Source: an uncultured candidatus Brocadiaceae bacterium
GTDB taxonomy: Bacteria; Planctomycetota; UBA1135; UBA2386
Direction of reading: 5' to 3'
Length of the DNA stretch: 64,000 nucleotides
NCBI GenBank assembly: GCA_964538915.1
Contig: CAZIFB010000005.1
Coordinates: forward strand, 43,747-107,746
In this document: positions 47,652-56,897 of the stretch, piece after piece
How positions within the stretch are numbered: the first letter of the stretch is position 1
Layout: every line of letters starts with the position of its first letter
Made by a program: the position numbers and the translations under genes
The notes under the pieces: model-generated
Databases searched by the model: none
What the model was told of the DNA's origin: nothing
What the model saw: only the letters and a program-made list of their open reading frames with translations

Positions 47652-49450
47652 CCTCGACGTGCTGTGCCGTTCTCGTGGTCGGCGCAATGGCTGCGGCCCA
47701 GCAACCGCCGTCGGCCGACATCCCCCGCGAACCGATGCCGCCGGTGCAGGCGCTGGTTCTGCCGCGCGGGGACAAGGAGGTGGCGATCGACGGCTCGCTC
47801 GCCGATTGGCCCGCCTTGCCGGCGATCCGGCTCGACGACGCCCGCCAGCTCTCCGGCACGGCCGGCAACGCCTGGCGCGGACTGCGCGACATCTCGGCGG
47901 TCGCGTTCCTGATGTGGGACCACGACTCGCTCTTCGTCTCCTGTGTCGCGCAGGACGACTGGCATCGCGCGCTGGACAAGGACTCGCGGCGGCTCACCGA
48001 GATCCCCGTCGCCGACTCGATCGTGCTGACGTTCGACACCGAGCGCGACACCCGCGGCATCGGGCCCGACCCGGGTCGCCGCGAGGACCGCGAGTTCTGG
48101 CTCGCCGATCAGGACGATCGTCGCGTCGTGCAGTGGGATCGTCTGCGGGGCACCGCTCGCATCCTCGAAGAGCCGGTCGCGCGTGTGGTCGTGCTGCACG
48201 ACAAAGAGCGCGGCGTCACGACGTACGAGGCGAAGCTGCCCTGGACCGAGATCCTGCCCGTCGGCGTCGAGCCCTCGTCCGGGCTCGTCATGGACCTGCA
48301 GATCGTCGTCAGCGACTTCGACGAGACGACCGATCCGATGCCGCAGACGCGCATCGGTTGGTCCTTCGGAACCGGGAAGATCGTCGATCCCGGCGTGTTC
48401 GGGACCGTCATGCTGCTCGATGCGGCGCCGGCCGACGGCGCGATGCCCACGTTCCCGGCGAAGGTGAAGGGCGTCGATCCGCGCACGACGAACGACGCGT
48501 TCCAGCGGATCACCGCGGGCCTGCTCCAGCATCCGCCGCAGGCGTACGACGGCACGAAGTCACCGGAAGAAGCGGGCGGCCTCGCGCGCTTCGCTGTCCT
48601 CGAAGAACTCGACGGCCATTGTGCCCGGTTTCCGCGCGTCGACTACCTCGAGTTCCATCATCGGATCCACCGGCGGATGGGGCGCGAACTCGTGGGCATC
48701 CAGGCAGCCGGACTGCCGTGGTGGTGGAACCAGCGGCTCGAGTCGTTGTCGAAGAGCGCCGAGGAACCCGTGCCGAACGGCAACCTGCGCATCTTCCGGC
48801 TGCCGATGGGCGGCTGGCTGGTCCGGATGCCGACGGGCGGGTTCCTGATCGACCCAGCGGGCGCCGACGTCGCGCAATGGCTGTGGGGCGGCGCGTCGTT
48901 CTGTGTCCTGTCACAGCCGGTCGACATGACGAAGCGGAACGACCAGTTGCTGATCCGGATGCTGCAGGCCAATCCGCGCCGTCCCGTGTTCACCCACATC
49001 GCGTTCCACTTGCCGGTGGTGCCCATGTCGGAACTGCCGATATTCGAGCCCGGCCAGGAATTCACGCCGGCCGGCGGTGTCGCGGTGAAGGCGTTGGGCA
49101 AGAAGCGCGACGACGGGGCCGTGACGTTTTCCTGCAGCTATGTCCTCTCGGTGCCAGCGGGGCCGCGCCTCATGATCGCCGGACCCGACCTGCTCGCCGA
49201 CGAAGTGGGTGGTGACAGCATCGACGCGATGATCCTGTCGCCGCGCAATCCGGAGGGGCTGAAGATCGTGCAGAGGGTTCGCCCGGGAGTGGTGATCCTC
49301 GACGAGGGCTTCCTGCCGCAGGCCTATCCCGACCAGCCCCGCACGACGTTCGCCGATCTGCACACGACCCAGAAAGCGCTGCGTCCGCAGCCCACATTGC
49401 TGTTGGCACCTGGCGAATCCTGGGATGTCGCCAAGGCGCCGCCGAAGTGA
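47648..49450 (+). CDS. Secreted protein with N-terminal CBM9/DOMON-like domain and an uncharacterised C-terminal domain
   Basis: GTGA overlap with the CPBP stop. VAIDGSLADWPALPAIRLDD...FLMWDHDSLFVSCVAQDD fits the CBM9-like pattern. The C-terminal half lacks an HxHxDH motif, so no MBL call is made. Confidence 0.55.
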   Translation: MTSTCCAVLVVGAMAAAQQPPSADIPREPMPPVQALVLPRGDKEVAIDGSLADWPALPAIRLDDARQLSGTAGNAWRGLRDISAVAFLMWDHDSLFVSCVAQDDWHRALDKDSRRLTEIPVADSIVLTFDTERDTRGIGPDPGRREDREFWLADQDDRRVVQWDRLRGTARILEEPVARVVVLHDKERGVTTYEAKLPWTEILPVGVEPSSGLVMDLQIVVSDFDETTDPMPQTRIGWSFGTGKIVDPGVFGTVMLLDAAPADGAMPTFPAKVKGVDPRTTNDAFQRITAGLLQHPPQAYDGTKSPEEAGGLARFAVLEELDGHCARFPRVDYLEFHHRIHRRMGRELVGIQAAGLPWWWNQRLESLSKSAEEPVPNGNLRIFRLPMGGWLVRMPTGGFLIDPAGADVAQWLWGGASFCVLSQPVDMTKRNDQLLIRMLQANPRRPVFTHIAFHLPVVPMSELPIFEPGQEFTPAGGVAVKALGKKRDDGAVTFSCSYVLSVPAGPRLMIAGPDLLADEVGGDSIDAMILSPRNPEGLKIVQRVRPGVVILDEGFLPQAYPDQPRTTFADLHTTQKALRPQPTLLLAPGESWDVAKAPPK

Positions 49451-49587
49451 GTAGTCGGCGCACACACATTGGCTCGGAAAGGGGAGATTGCTTGCAGGGG
49501 CACAATCCCGGGTGCACACTCGCTCCCTTCCCTTGAACACGTCCGTCAGGTCAAGGTGACGGCGAGTTCTTCCTCGTAAAGAAGACT

Positions 49588-49980
49588 ATGGCAGCAAAGA
49601 AAGACAATGCGGCGATGGATTTCCTGGTAGACGCCCTGAAGAGCAACCGCAATGCGGTGTACGCAGACGTTGCGGAGGCGGCGGCCAGGAAGAAGCTGAA
49701 GGTGTGGCCGATCATGTGGGGCCGAGCGAAGGCGCTGCTCGGCTACGTGAAGTCGGCACCGCGCGGTCAGGGCAAGGTCGCCCGCGCGAAGCGCGCCGCT
49801 GCGGCACAGGCCGCTGGTGCGCCGGTGAAGCGTGGTCCCGGCCGTCCGCGGAAGGTGGCCTCGGCGTTCGATGGCACCATCGAGGGCATCGTCGCCGCAG
49901 TGAAGACCAGCGAGCAGGAGAAGACCCGCTATCGCGCGGCATTGGCCAAGATCCAGGCCATTCTCGCCGACGTGATGTGA
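49588..49980 (+). CDS. Small basic protein with an AT-hook-like KRGPGRPRK motif (possible DNA-binding or nucleoid protein)
   Basis: 130 aa. The GRP core is flanked by basic residues. Codon usage has more A/T-ending codons (gca, aaa, gat, gta) than neighbours. Followed by a hairpin. Confidence 0.55.
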   Translation: MAAKKDNAAMDFLVDALKSNRNAVYADVAEAAARKKLKVWPIMWGRAKALLGYVKSAPRGQGKVARAKRAAAAQAAGAPVKRGPGRPRKVASAFDGTIEGIVAAVKTSEQEKTRYRAALAKIQAILADVM

Positions 49981-50002
49981 ATCACGCCCGCGGGGAACCC
50001 CG

Positions 50003-50022
50003 GGGAGCGAGAGATCGCTCCC
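50003..50022 (+). terminator. 8-bp GC-rich hairpin with GAGA tetraloop between two convergent genes
   Basis: GGGAGCGA (50003-50010), GAGA loop, TCGCTCCC (50015-50022). No T tract. Confidence 0.3.
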
Positions 50023-50089
50023 GATCCCCGCTGCTGCAGGCCCTCGCCGGCAACCCGCCCTCACGGGTGGCGCGATTCCGCGCCGTCGT

Positions 50090-50992
50090 TCAGATGGCGC
50101 GATCGGTGAGTTCGCGCCAGGCCGGCGCGCGGCGACGCAGCAGGTCCGCAGCGTGCGACCGCCAGCGCTCGAGCAGGCTCGCGGTCCGCGGCCCAGGCGA
50201 TCCGCCGTTCTTGGCGACGCCGTCGACGTGCGTGACGGCCGCGATGTCGCGCAACGAACTCGACAAGAAGACCTCCTTTGCCGTGCGCAGTCGCGCGGCA
50301 TCGAAGTCGTCTTCGACGACGCGCTCCCCGCATCGAGGCAGGAAGTCCAGCAGCATGCCGCGGGTGACTCCGGCGAGGATGCCCGCGTCGAGCGGCGGCG
50401 TGTGCCAGCCGTCGTCGAAGAGTGCGAAGATGTTCGACGTCGACGCTTCGGTGACGTTGCCGGCGACGTTCAGCATCACGCAGTCCGTCGCCCCCATGTC
50501 CTTCGCTTCGGCGAGGGCGAGGATGTTGTTCAGGTAGTTGCCGCTCTTGGTCGCCGGGTCGAGTGCGCGCCGATCGTTGCGCAATCGGCCGACGACGGCG
50601 ATGCGCGTGGTCTTGCCGGACAGATCGGGCAGCGGTCGCACCATGATGAGCCAGCACGGCCGTCCGGTCGCGTACGACAGGTCGATGTTGGGCGCGCTGC
50701 CGACCCCGCGCGTGACGACGATGCGCACGTAGCTGTCGCCGTGGGCGGCCTTCGCGACGGTCGTGGCCACCCGGCGTGCGACGGTGCGTTCGTCGAGATC
50801 CAGCGACATGCGCAGGCCCTTCGCCGACTCGCCGAGCCTGGCCCAGTGCTCGGCCCACCCGAACGGCACCCCGCCGTTCGTCCGCACGACCTCGTAGATC
50901 GAATCGCCGAACAGGAACCCGCGGTCCAGCACCGGGATGCGCGCTTCGCTCTCGGGCACGATCTCGCCGTCGATGTTGCAGAGGTTCGCCAT
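50090..50992 (-). CDS. Class IV aminotransferase (branched-chain / D-amino-acid aminotransferase or ADC lyase family)
   Basis: ATG at 50992-50990 (MANLCNIDGEIV...). PVLDRGFLFGDSIYEV, KSGNYLNNILA and EASTSNIF are fold-type IV PLP motifs. Confidence 0.8.
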   Translation of the reverse strand: MANLCNIDGEIVPESEARIPVLDRGFLFGDSIYEVVRTNGGVPFGWAEHWARLGESAKGLRMSLDLDERTVARRVATTVAKAAHGDSYVRIVVTRGVGSAPNIDLSYATGRPCWLIMVRPLPDLSGKTTRIAVVGRLRNDRRALDPATKSGNYLNNILALAEAKDMGATDCVMLNVAGNVTEASTSNIFALFDDGWHTPPLDAGILAGVTRGMLLDFLPRCGERVVEDDFDAARLRTAKEVFLSSSLRDIAAVTHVDGVAKNGGSPGPRTASLLERWRSHAADLLRRRAPAWRELTDRAI

Positions 50993-51023
50993 CGCGCGGC
51001 GGATGGTAAGCTCACGCCCCTTC

Positions 51024-52478
51024 ATGTGCGGCTTCATCTCGATCTTCGGCCCGTCTGATTCGAACGCGATCCACGACGTCCTGGCCGGCCTCCTCGCGAT
51101 CCAGCATCGCGGCCAGGACGCGGCTGGCGTCGTCACCTTCCGCGATCGCTTCCAGGCGAAGAAGGGACTCGGCCTCGTCCGCGAGGTCTTCGGCGAAAAA
51201 CACGTGGAACGCCTCACCGGCCATCTCGCGGTCGGCCACGTGCGCTACCCCACGGTCGGCCTCGGCGACCGCGCCGACGTGCAGCCGTTCTGGCTCGACT
51301 ATCCCGTCGGCGTCGCGATGGCGCACAACGGCAACGTCACCAACTTCCACGAGCTGAAGCGCACCTACTTCGGCCAGCGCAAGATCCACCTGGCGAGCAA
51401 CTGCGACCTCGAGGTCGTGCTCTACGTGTTCGCCGACGCGCTGATGCGTCGCCGCTCGGAGCCGGTCACCGTCGACGACGTGAAGGTCGCGGTGAAGGAG
51501 GTGTTCGATCGCGTGAAGGGCGCCTACTCGGTCGCGGGAATCACCAGCGAGGGGATGTATGCGTTCCGCGACCCGTACGGCATCAAGCCGGCGATCTTCG
51601 GCAAGAAGGTCACACCGGAGGGCACGTGGTACGCGGTCGCGAGCGAGTCGGTGGTCCTCGACGTCGCCGGCTACGAGGTCGTCCGCGACCTGAAGGCCGG
51701 GGAGATGGTGTGGATCGGCCAGGACCGTGTGCCGCACTTCGTGCAGGTCGGCAACAAGCCGCACCGTCCGTGCATCTTCGAATACATCTACTTCGCCCGC
51801 CCCGACACGACGCTCGACGCGACGTCGGTCTACGAGGCGCGCATGGAACTCGGCCGCCGTCTCGGTCGCGCGTTCCAGCGCACGGGGCAGCAGGCGGACG
51901 TCGTGATCCCAGTTCCCGAGTCGGCGCGCACTGCGGGGCAGACGATGGCGGAGACGCTCGGGCTGCCGTGCCGCGAGGGGTTCGTGAAGAACCGCTACGT
52001 CGGCCGCACCTTCATCATGCCGAACGACAAGGCGCGGCGTGATTCGATCCGCGCCAAGCTCAACCCGATCCGCGCGGAGTTCGAGGGCAAGCGGGTGATC
52101 ATCCTCGACGACTCGATCGTGCGCGGGAACACGAGCCGGCAGATGGTCAAGATCGCGCGGCAGATGGGCGCGGCGAAGGTCTATCTCGCCTCCTACTCGC
52201 CGCCGCTGCTCTTCCCGTGCCTCTACGGCATCGACATGTCGACGAAGCGCGAGTTCGTCGCGCGCGGCCGCACGCACGAAGAGATCGCGAAGGAACTCGG
52301 CGCCGACGCCGTGCTCTACCAGACCATCGAAGAGATGGTCGACGCCGTGCAGACGGCGGGGAACGGCGAACTCGAGTTCTGCAAGGCCTGCTTCGAAGGC
52401 ACCTATCCGACCGGCGACATCACGGAACAGATGATCACCGACATCGAGCAGGACCGCCTCGCCGCCAGCAACAGCTGA
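51024..52478 (+). CDS. purF: Amidophosphoribosyltransferase
   Basis: ATG at 51024 gives MCGFISIFG (catalytic Cys2). HRGQDAAGV, HVRYPT and VIILDDSIVRGNTS (PRPP loop). Confidence 0.93.
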   Translation: MCGFISIFGPSDSNAIHDVLAGLLAIQHRGQDAAGVVTFRDRFQAKKGLGLVREVFGEKHVERLTGHLAVGHVRYPTVGLGDRADVQPFWLDYPVGVAMAHNGNVTNFHELKRTYFGQRKIHLASNCDLEVVLYVFADALMRRRSEPVTVDDVKVAVKEVFDRVKGAYSVAGITSEGMYAFRDPYGIKPAIFGKKVTPEGTWYAVASESVVLDVAGYEVVRDLKAGEMVWIGQDRVPHFVQVGNKPHRPCIFEYIYFARPDTTLDATSVYEARMELGRRLGRAFQRTGQQADVVIPVPESARTAGQTMAETLGLPCREGFVKNRYVGRTFIMPNDKARRDSIRAKLNPIRAEFEGKRVIILDDSIVRGNTSRQMVKIARQMGAAKVYLASYSPPLLFPCLYGIDMSTKREFVARGRTHEEIAKELGADAVLYQTIEEMVDAVQTAGNGELEFCKACFEGTYPTGDITEQMITDIEQDRLAASNS

Positions 52479-52488
52479 GATCGCGCGA

Positions 52489-53451
52489 TCAGCTCGGCCG
52501 CGAGCGCTTCACGCGGCCGCGCAGCTTGGGCACCAGCAACAGCGCCTCGCGCGCGATCTTGCCGTCCATCTTCGAGGCGCCGACGCGCCGATCGACGAAG
52601 TGGATCGGGATCTCCTGCACGCGGAACCCGGCGCGCACCATGCGGAACGCCATCTCGATCTGGAACGCGTAGCCCTGTGCGGACACGGCAGCGAGATCGA
52701 GGCGTTGCAGGGCCGCCGTGGCGAAGCACCGGAACCCCGCCGTGTTGTCGCGGATGCCGGACGAGAGCACGAGCCGGGCGTACAGGTTGGCGCCGCGCGA
52801 CAGCAGGCGGCGGCGGAAGTCCCATCCCACCGTGTTGCCACCCTTCACGTAGCGGCTGCCGATCACGAGGTCGGCGCGTTCGCCCGCGAACACGAGTCGC
52901 GGCAGGTCCCACGGTGCGTGGCTGAAGTCGGCGTCCATCTCGCACACGCGCTCGTAGCCGTGCTCGATGGCGAAGCGGAAGCCGGCGATGTACGCGGTGC
53001 CGAGGCCTTGTTTGCCCTGGCGATGGAGCACGCGGATGCGCGGGTCAGCGGCGGCGAGCCGATCGGCGATCGCTCCGGTGCCGTCCGGCGATCCGTCGTC
53101 GACGACGAGGATGTCCGTGTCGAGGTACGAGTGGATCGCACGCACGATCGGCTCGAGGTTGTCCTTCTCGTTGTAGGTCGGGATCACGACCAGCGTGCGG
53201 CGGGGCGCGCGATGCGGCCGCGTCGGCACCGGGCCTCGACCCTGGGCGCGTCCGTGTTCGGCCGCTGCGACCGCCGCCGCTTCGTCCTGGCCCGCGAGCA
53301 CCACGATCCGTTCGCTGTCGACGCCGTCCCTGACCTTCGCTTCGGCCGCCGCGAAGTCCGCGACGACGACGATGGTCGCCGGGCGCGGACCGGGAGCCGG
53401 CGTTGCGGTGCCGGGGACCGGGCGCGGCTCGGGGGCGGTGAGGCCGGTCAA
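52489..53451 (-). CDS. GT2 polyprenol-phosphate mannosyltransferase (Dpm1/Ppm1-like) with an N-terminal extension of about 85 aa
   Basis: [32 protein letters not shown] and GSRY motifs. The true start may be internal. Confidence 0.8.
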   Translation of the reverse strand: MTGLTAPEPRPVPGTATPAPGPRPATIVVVADFAAAEAKVRDGVDSERIVVLAGQDEAAAVAAAEHGRAQGRGPVPTRPHRAPRRTLVVIPTYNEKDNLEPIVRAIHSYLDTDILVVDDGSPDGTGAIADRLAAADPRIRVLHRQGKQGLGTAYIAGFRFAIEHGYERVCEMDADFSHAPWDLPRLVFAGERADLVIGSRYVKGGNTVGWDFRRRLLSRGANLYARLVLSSGIRDNTAGFRCFATAALQRLDLAAVSAQGYAFQIEMAFRMVRAGFRVQEIPIHFVDRRVGASKMDGKIAREALLLVPKLRGRVKRSRPS

Positions 53452-53542
53452 GGCTCACCAACTCTTGGTTCGACGTTTGCCATGGATTCGCCGGCGCGGC
53501 GAACGCGCGCACTCTAGCCGGCCGTGGCCGCCCGGCCGAGCG

Positions 53543-54901
53543 TCATTGCCGACTGCCGACGAACGCTCCGCCGTTCTGGTGCAGCGTGAGCTCCTTGCCG
53601 TCGGCGGAGAACACGATCTTGACCTCGTTGTCGAAGCCGGCCCGGAACTCGAGGCCGCCCTGGTAGAGCAGGTCGAACGCTTCCTGGCCGGGCGCCTTGC
53701 CCTTGGCGCGGAGGCGATCGCCGTTCACCGTCACCTCGAGGGCCATGCCGACCTCCGCGAGGTCGTATTCGCCGGCGAGCTTGTCGCGCACGTCCGCGGG
53801 CAGCGGCAGGTCCTTCGCGACGAACTTCTGGATGCCCAGCACCGCCTGCACGATGTCGCGCGCGACCTTCTCGGCGCTCGCGGCCTCCCCGTTGCTGATC
53901 ACCGCGACGTGGAGGTCGTCGTCCGGCAGGTGCAGGAGCATCGAGTTGAAGCCGTTGATGCCGCCGCCGTGGAAGACCGCCGGCCGACCCAGGAAGTCGC
54001 CGCGCATCAGGCCGAAGCCGTAGCTCGTGTCACGTCCGTTCGGCAGGACGGTCGCAGTCGCCATCCGTGCGTACGACGCCGCACTCACGACCTTGCCTCC
54101 GGCGAGCGCCGTCGACCAGCGCACGAGATCGGCGCCGGTCGACAGCAGTGCGCCCGCCGCGCCGGGCTGGGTCATGCCGAGATGGTCGGCGTTGACGCGC
54201 TTCCCAGCGCGCATCGTGTAGCCGTGCGCCCGCCGCTCGATCACGTCCTGGTTGTGGCCGTACATCGTGTCGGCGAGTCCGAGCGGGCCGCCGAGTTCGT
54301 CGCGCACGACGTCGCCGTAGGGCTTTCCGTACGCCTTCTCGATCAGCATGCCGAGCAGGTAGTAGCCGGTGTTGTTGTAGCGCCAGTCCGTGCCCGGCTC
54401 GAAGTCGAACGGTTTGCCGCCGACCAGGGCGAGCAGTTCCGCGTGCGTCAGCTCGAGCGGAATGACCTTCTCCCACTCCTTGCCGATGTCCGTGTAGCTC
54501 GGGATGCCGCTCGTGTGATCGAGCAGCATCTGCACGCTGACCTTCTTGCCTTGCAGCGGGAACTCGGGCACGTACTTCTCGAGCCCGTCGTCGAGCGCGA
54601 TCTTCTTCTGCTCGACGAGACGCATCACGAGTGCAGCGGTGAACTGCTTCGTCACCGACCCGATCCGGAAGCGTGTGTCCGCCTTGGCGGGAACCTTCCA
54701 CTCCGCGTCAGCGAGGCCGTAACCCTTCGCGAGCAGCACGTCGCCCTTTTGCGCGATGCCGACCGAGAAGCCGACGGCATCTGCCTTGGCGACGCGCGCA
54801 GCGACCAGCGCGTCGACCTTCGCGACCCACGCGGGATCCTGCGCGGTGACCGTGGCGAGGAGAGCTGCGAACGTGAGAGCGCTGACGTGGCGGCGGATCA
54901 T
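53543..54901 (-). CDS. Secreted serine hydrolase of the class C beta-lactamase / DD-peptidase family
   Basis: Signal peptide MIRRHVSALTFAALLATVTAQD. SVTKQFTA (SxxK) and YNNTGY (YxN) motifs. Confidence 0.85.
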   Translation of the reverse strand: MIRRHVSALTFAALLATVTAQDPAWVAKVDALVAARVAKADAVGFSVGIAQKGDVLLAKGYGLADAEWKVPAKADTRFRIGSVTKQFTAALVMRLVEQKKIALDDGLEKYVPEFPLQGKKVSVQMLLDHTSGIPSYTDIGKEWEKVIPLELTHAELLALVGGKPFDFEPGTDWRYNNTGYYLLGMLIEKAYGKPYGDVVRDELGGPLGLADTMYGHNQDVIERRAHGYTMRAGKRVNADHLGMTQPGAAGALLSTGADLVRWSTALAGGKVVSAASYARMATATVLPNGRDTSYGFGLMRGDFLGRPAVFHGGGINGFNSMLLHLPDDDLHVAVISNGEAASAEKVARDIVQAVLGIQKFVAKDLPLPADVRDKLAGEYDLAEVGMALEVTVNGDRLRAKGKAPGQEAFDLLYQGGLEFRAGFDNEVKIVFSADGKELTLHQNGGAFVGSRQ

Positions 54902-54950
54902 CGGGGCGCGATGGTAGACCGCGCCGCGTCGCGACGATATCCATGGCCGC

Positions 54951-55517
54951 GTGACACCGAAGTTCGAACCCGCGTCGGCGAAGAAGCGTCTGCTCCAGCT
55001 CGTCCGTGAACGCGCCTACAAGGACGGCATCGACATCGTGCTCGCGTCGGGCAAGCGCTCGACGTTCTACATCAACGGCAAGAAGGTCTCGCTGCATCCG
55101 GAAGGGCTGTGGCTGATCGCGAAGCTGCTGCTGGAGAAGCTGAAGAGCCATCCCGAGATCACGGCGGTCGGCGGACTCACGATCGGCGCCGATCCGCTCG
55201 CGAGCGCGGTTGCCGCTCTCTCCTTCGAGACCGGGCAGAACCTGAAGGCGTTCCTCGTGCGCAAGGAGGCGAAGGGCCACGGCACCGGTTCGCGGATCGA
55301 AGGCGACCTCGACAAGGGCGAGAAGGTCGCGATCCTCGAGGACACCGTGACCACGGGCGGTTCGGCGAAGAAGGCGATCGAGGCGGTGGTCGAGGTCGGC
55401 GCGGTGCCGGTCGTCGTGATGGCGATCGCCGATCGCGAGGATCCCGACGCCGACGCGTTCCGGAAGGAGTTCCGCGTCGAGTGCCTTCTCACGCTGAGCG
55501 AGATCCGGAAAGGCTGA
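54951..55517 (+). CDS. pyrE: Orotate phosphoribosyltransferase
   Basis: 188 aa, GTG start. LASGKRSTFYINGK and VAILEDTVTTGGSA (PRPP-binding loop). Confidence 0.9.
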   Translation: MTPKFEPASAKKRLLQLVRERAYKDGIDIVLASGKRSTFYINGKKVSLHPEGLWLIAKLLLEKLKSHPEITAVGGLTIGADPLASAVAALSFETGQNLKAFLVRKEAKGHGTGSRIEGDLDKGEKVAILEDTVTTGGSAKKAIEAVVEVGAVPVVVMAIADREDPDADAFRKEFRVECLLTLSEIRKG

Positions 55518-55522
55518 GCGCC

Positions 55523-56878
55523 GTGCGCACCGTCGCGATCGTGCCGGCCGCCGGCCGCGGCGAACGGATGGGTGCGGACAAGGCGCTGCTCGACCTCGCG
55601 GGCAAGACGGCGATCGAACGCGTCGTCACCACGTGCCGCGACGCCGGCGCCGACGACGTACTGGTCGTGCGGCGGGATGGTGCTGCGGCGCTTCCCGCGA
55701 ACCTCGGCGTTCGGATCGTCATCGTGGCTCCGGGCGGCGAGATGGCGGACAGCCTGCGAGCGGCCGCGGCGGCGCTCGGACCCGATGTCGCGGAGATCGT
55801 CGTGTTCCCGGTCGACCACGCGATCGTGCCGGCCGAAACGCTGCTCGCAGTGCTCGCCCTGCTCCGACGACCGGGCTGCGGCGTGGCGCTGCCGCTCTTC
55901 CGCGGCCGCCCCGGTCACCCGGTCGCGATGACCCGCGCGGTGTTCGACGAGATCCGCCGGCCCGATGCGTTGCTGCGCGACGTCGTGCGGGCCGAGCGTT
56001 CGCGCGTGCAGGCGATCGCGACCGGCAGTCCGTGGGTCGTGGCCGACCTCGATCGCCCCGACGACCTGCGCGCCGCCGTCTGCGCACTGCACGGCGAGCC
56101 GTGGAGCACGGTGGCGCAGATGTTCCGCCACCGCAGCCACCGTTCGTACCGCCCCGACCCGATCGCGGCGCCGACGATCGAACGCCTCGTCGACGCGGCG
56201 CGCCACGCGTCGACGTCGAGCTTCATCCAGGCGAACGCCGTCGTCGTGGTGAGCGATGCGAAGCGACGAGGCGACGTCGCGCGGCTGTGCGGCGGCCAGG
56301 TGCACATCACCGAGGCGCCGGTGTTCGCCGCCGTGTGCGCCGACCTGCACAAGATCGCCGCTGCCTGCGGCCGCCATGGAACGGCCGTGCAGGCGCAGAG
56401 CTTCGAGCTGTTCCTCCAGGCGACGGTCGACGCCGCGCTGTTCGGCCAGAACCTCGCGCTCGCCGCCGAAGCCGAAGGCCTCGGTGTGTGCATGATCGGC
56501 GCTGCACGCAATCACCCCGTCGAACTCGGCGCACTGCTCGGCCTGCCGCCGCATTGCTACGTCGTGTTCGGGATGACGATCGGCATGCCCGCCGACGACC
56601 CCGTGCCTCGCGGCCGCATGCCCCTTCCGGGCATCCTGCACTGGGATCGCTACGACACGAACGCGATCCCGGCTGCACTCGACGGTGCCAACGAAGGCAT
56701 GCGCGCGTGGGCGCGCCGCGCCAACGCGGAGCAGGGCGGCTACAACGGCAAGCCGGTCAGCGAGACGAAGGGCTGGGCCGAGCGCATGGCAGTCGCGTGG
56801 GGCGCCTCGAGCTCGTACGCCAAGGCGCGAGCGACCCTGGTCGACGAACTGAGGCGCCTCGGCTTCGGCCTCGATTGA
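55523..56878 (+). CDS. Fusion protein: MobA-like nucleotidyltransferase (NTP_transf_3) N-terminal domain plus NfsA-like nitroreductase C-terminal domain
   Basis: GTG at 55523. IVPAAGRGERMG..DKALL is the MobA/MocA-type motif. The second half, HRSHRSYRPDPI...ASTSSFIQANAVVVV...EAEGLGVCMIGAARN, is nitroreductase-like. Confidence 0.65.
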   Translation: MRTVAIVPAAGRGERMGADKALLDLAGKTAIERVVTTCRDAGADDVLVVRRDGAAALPANLGVRIVIVAPGGEMADSLRAAAAALGPDVAEIVVFPVDHAIVPAETLLAVLALLRRPGCGVALPLFRGRPGHPVAMTRAVFDEIRRPDALLRDVVRAERSRVQAIATGSPWVVADLDRPDDLRAAVCALHGEPWSTVAQMFRHRSHRSYRPDPIAAPTIERLVDAARHASTSSFIQANAVVVVSDAKRRGDVARLCGGQVHITEAPVFAAVCADLHKIAAACGRHGTAVQAQSFELFLQATVDAALFGQNLALAAEAEGLGVCMIGAARNHPVELGALLGLPPHCYVVFGMTIGMPADDPVPRGRMPLPGILHWDRYDTNAIPAALDGANEGMRAWARRANAEQGGYNGKPVSETKGWAERMAVAWGASSSYAKARATLVDELRRLGFGLD

Positions 56879-56897
56879 CGGTACGCTCGCGGTCGCG

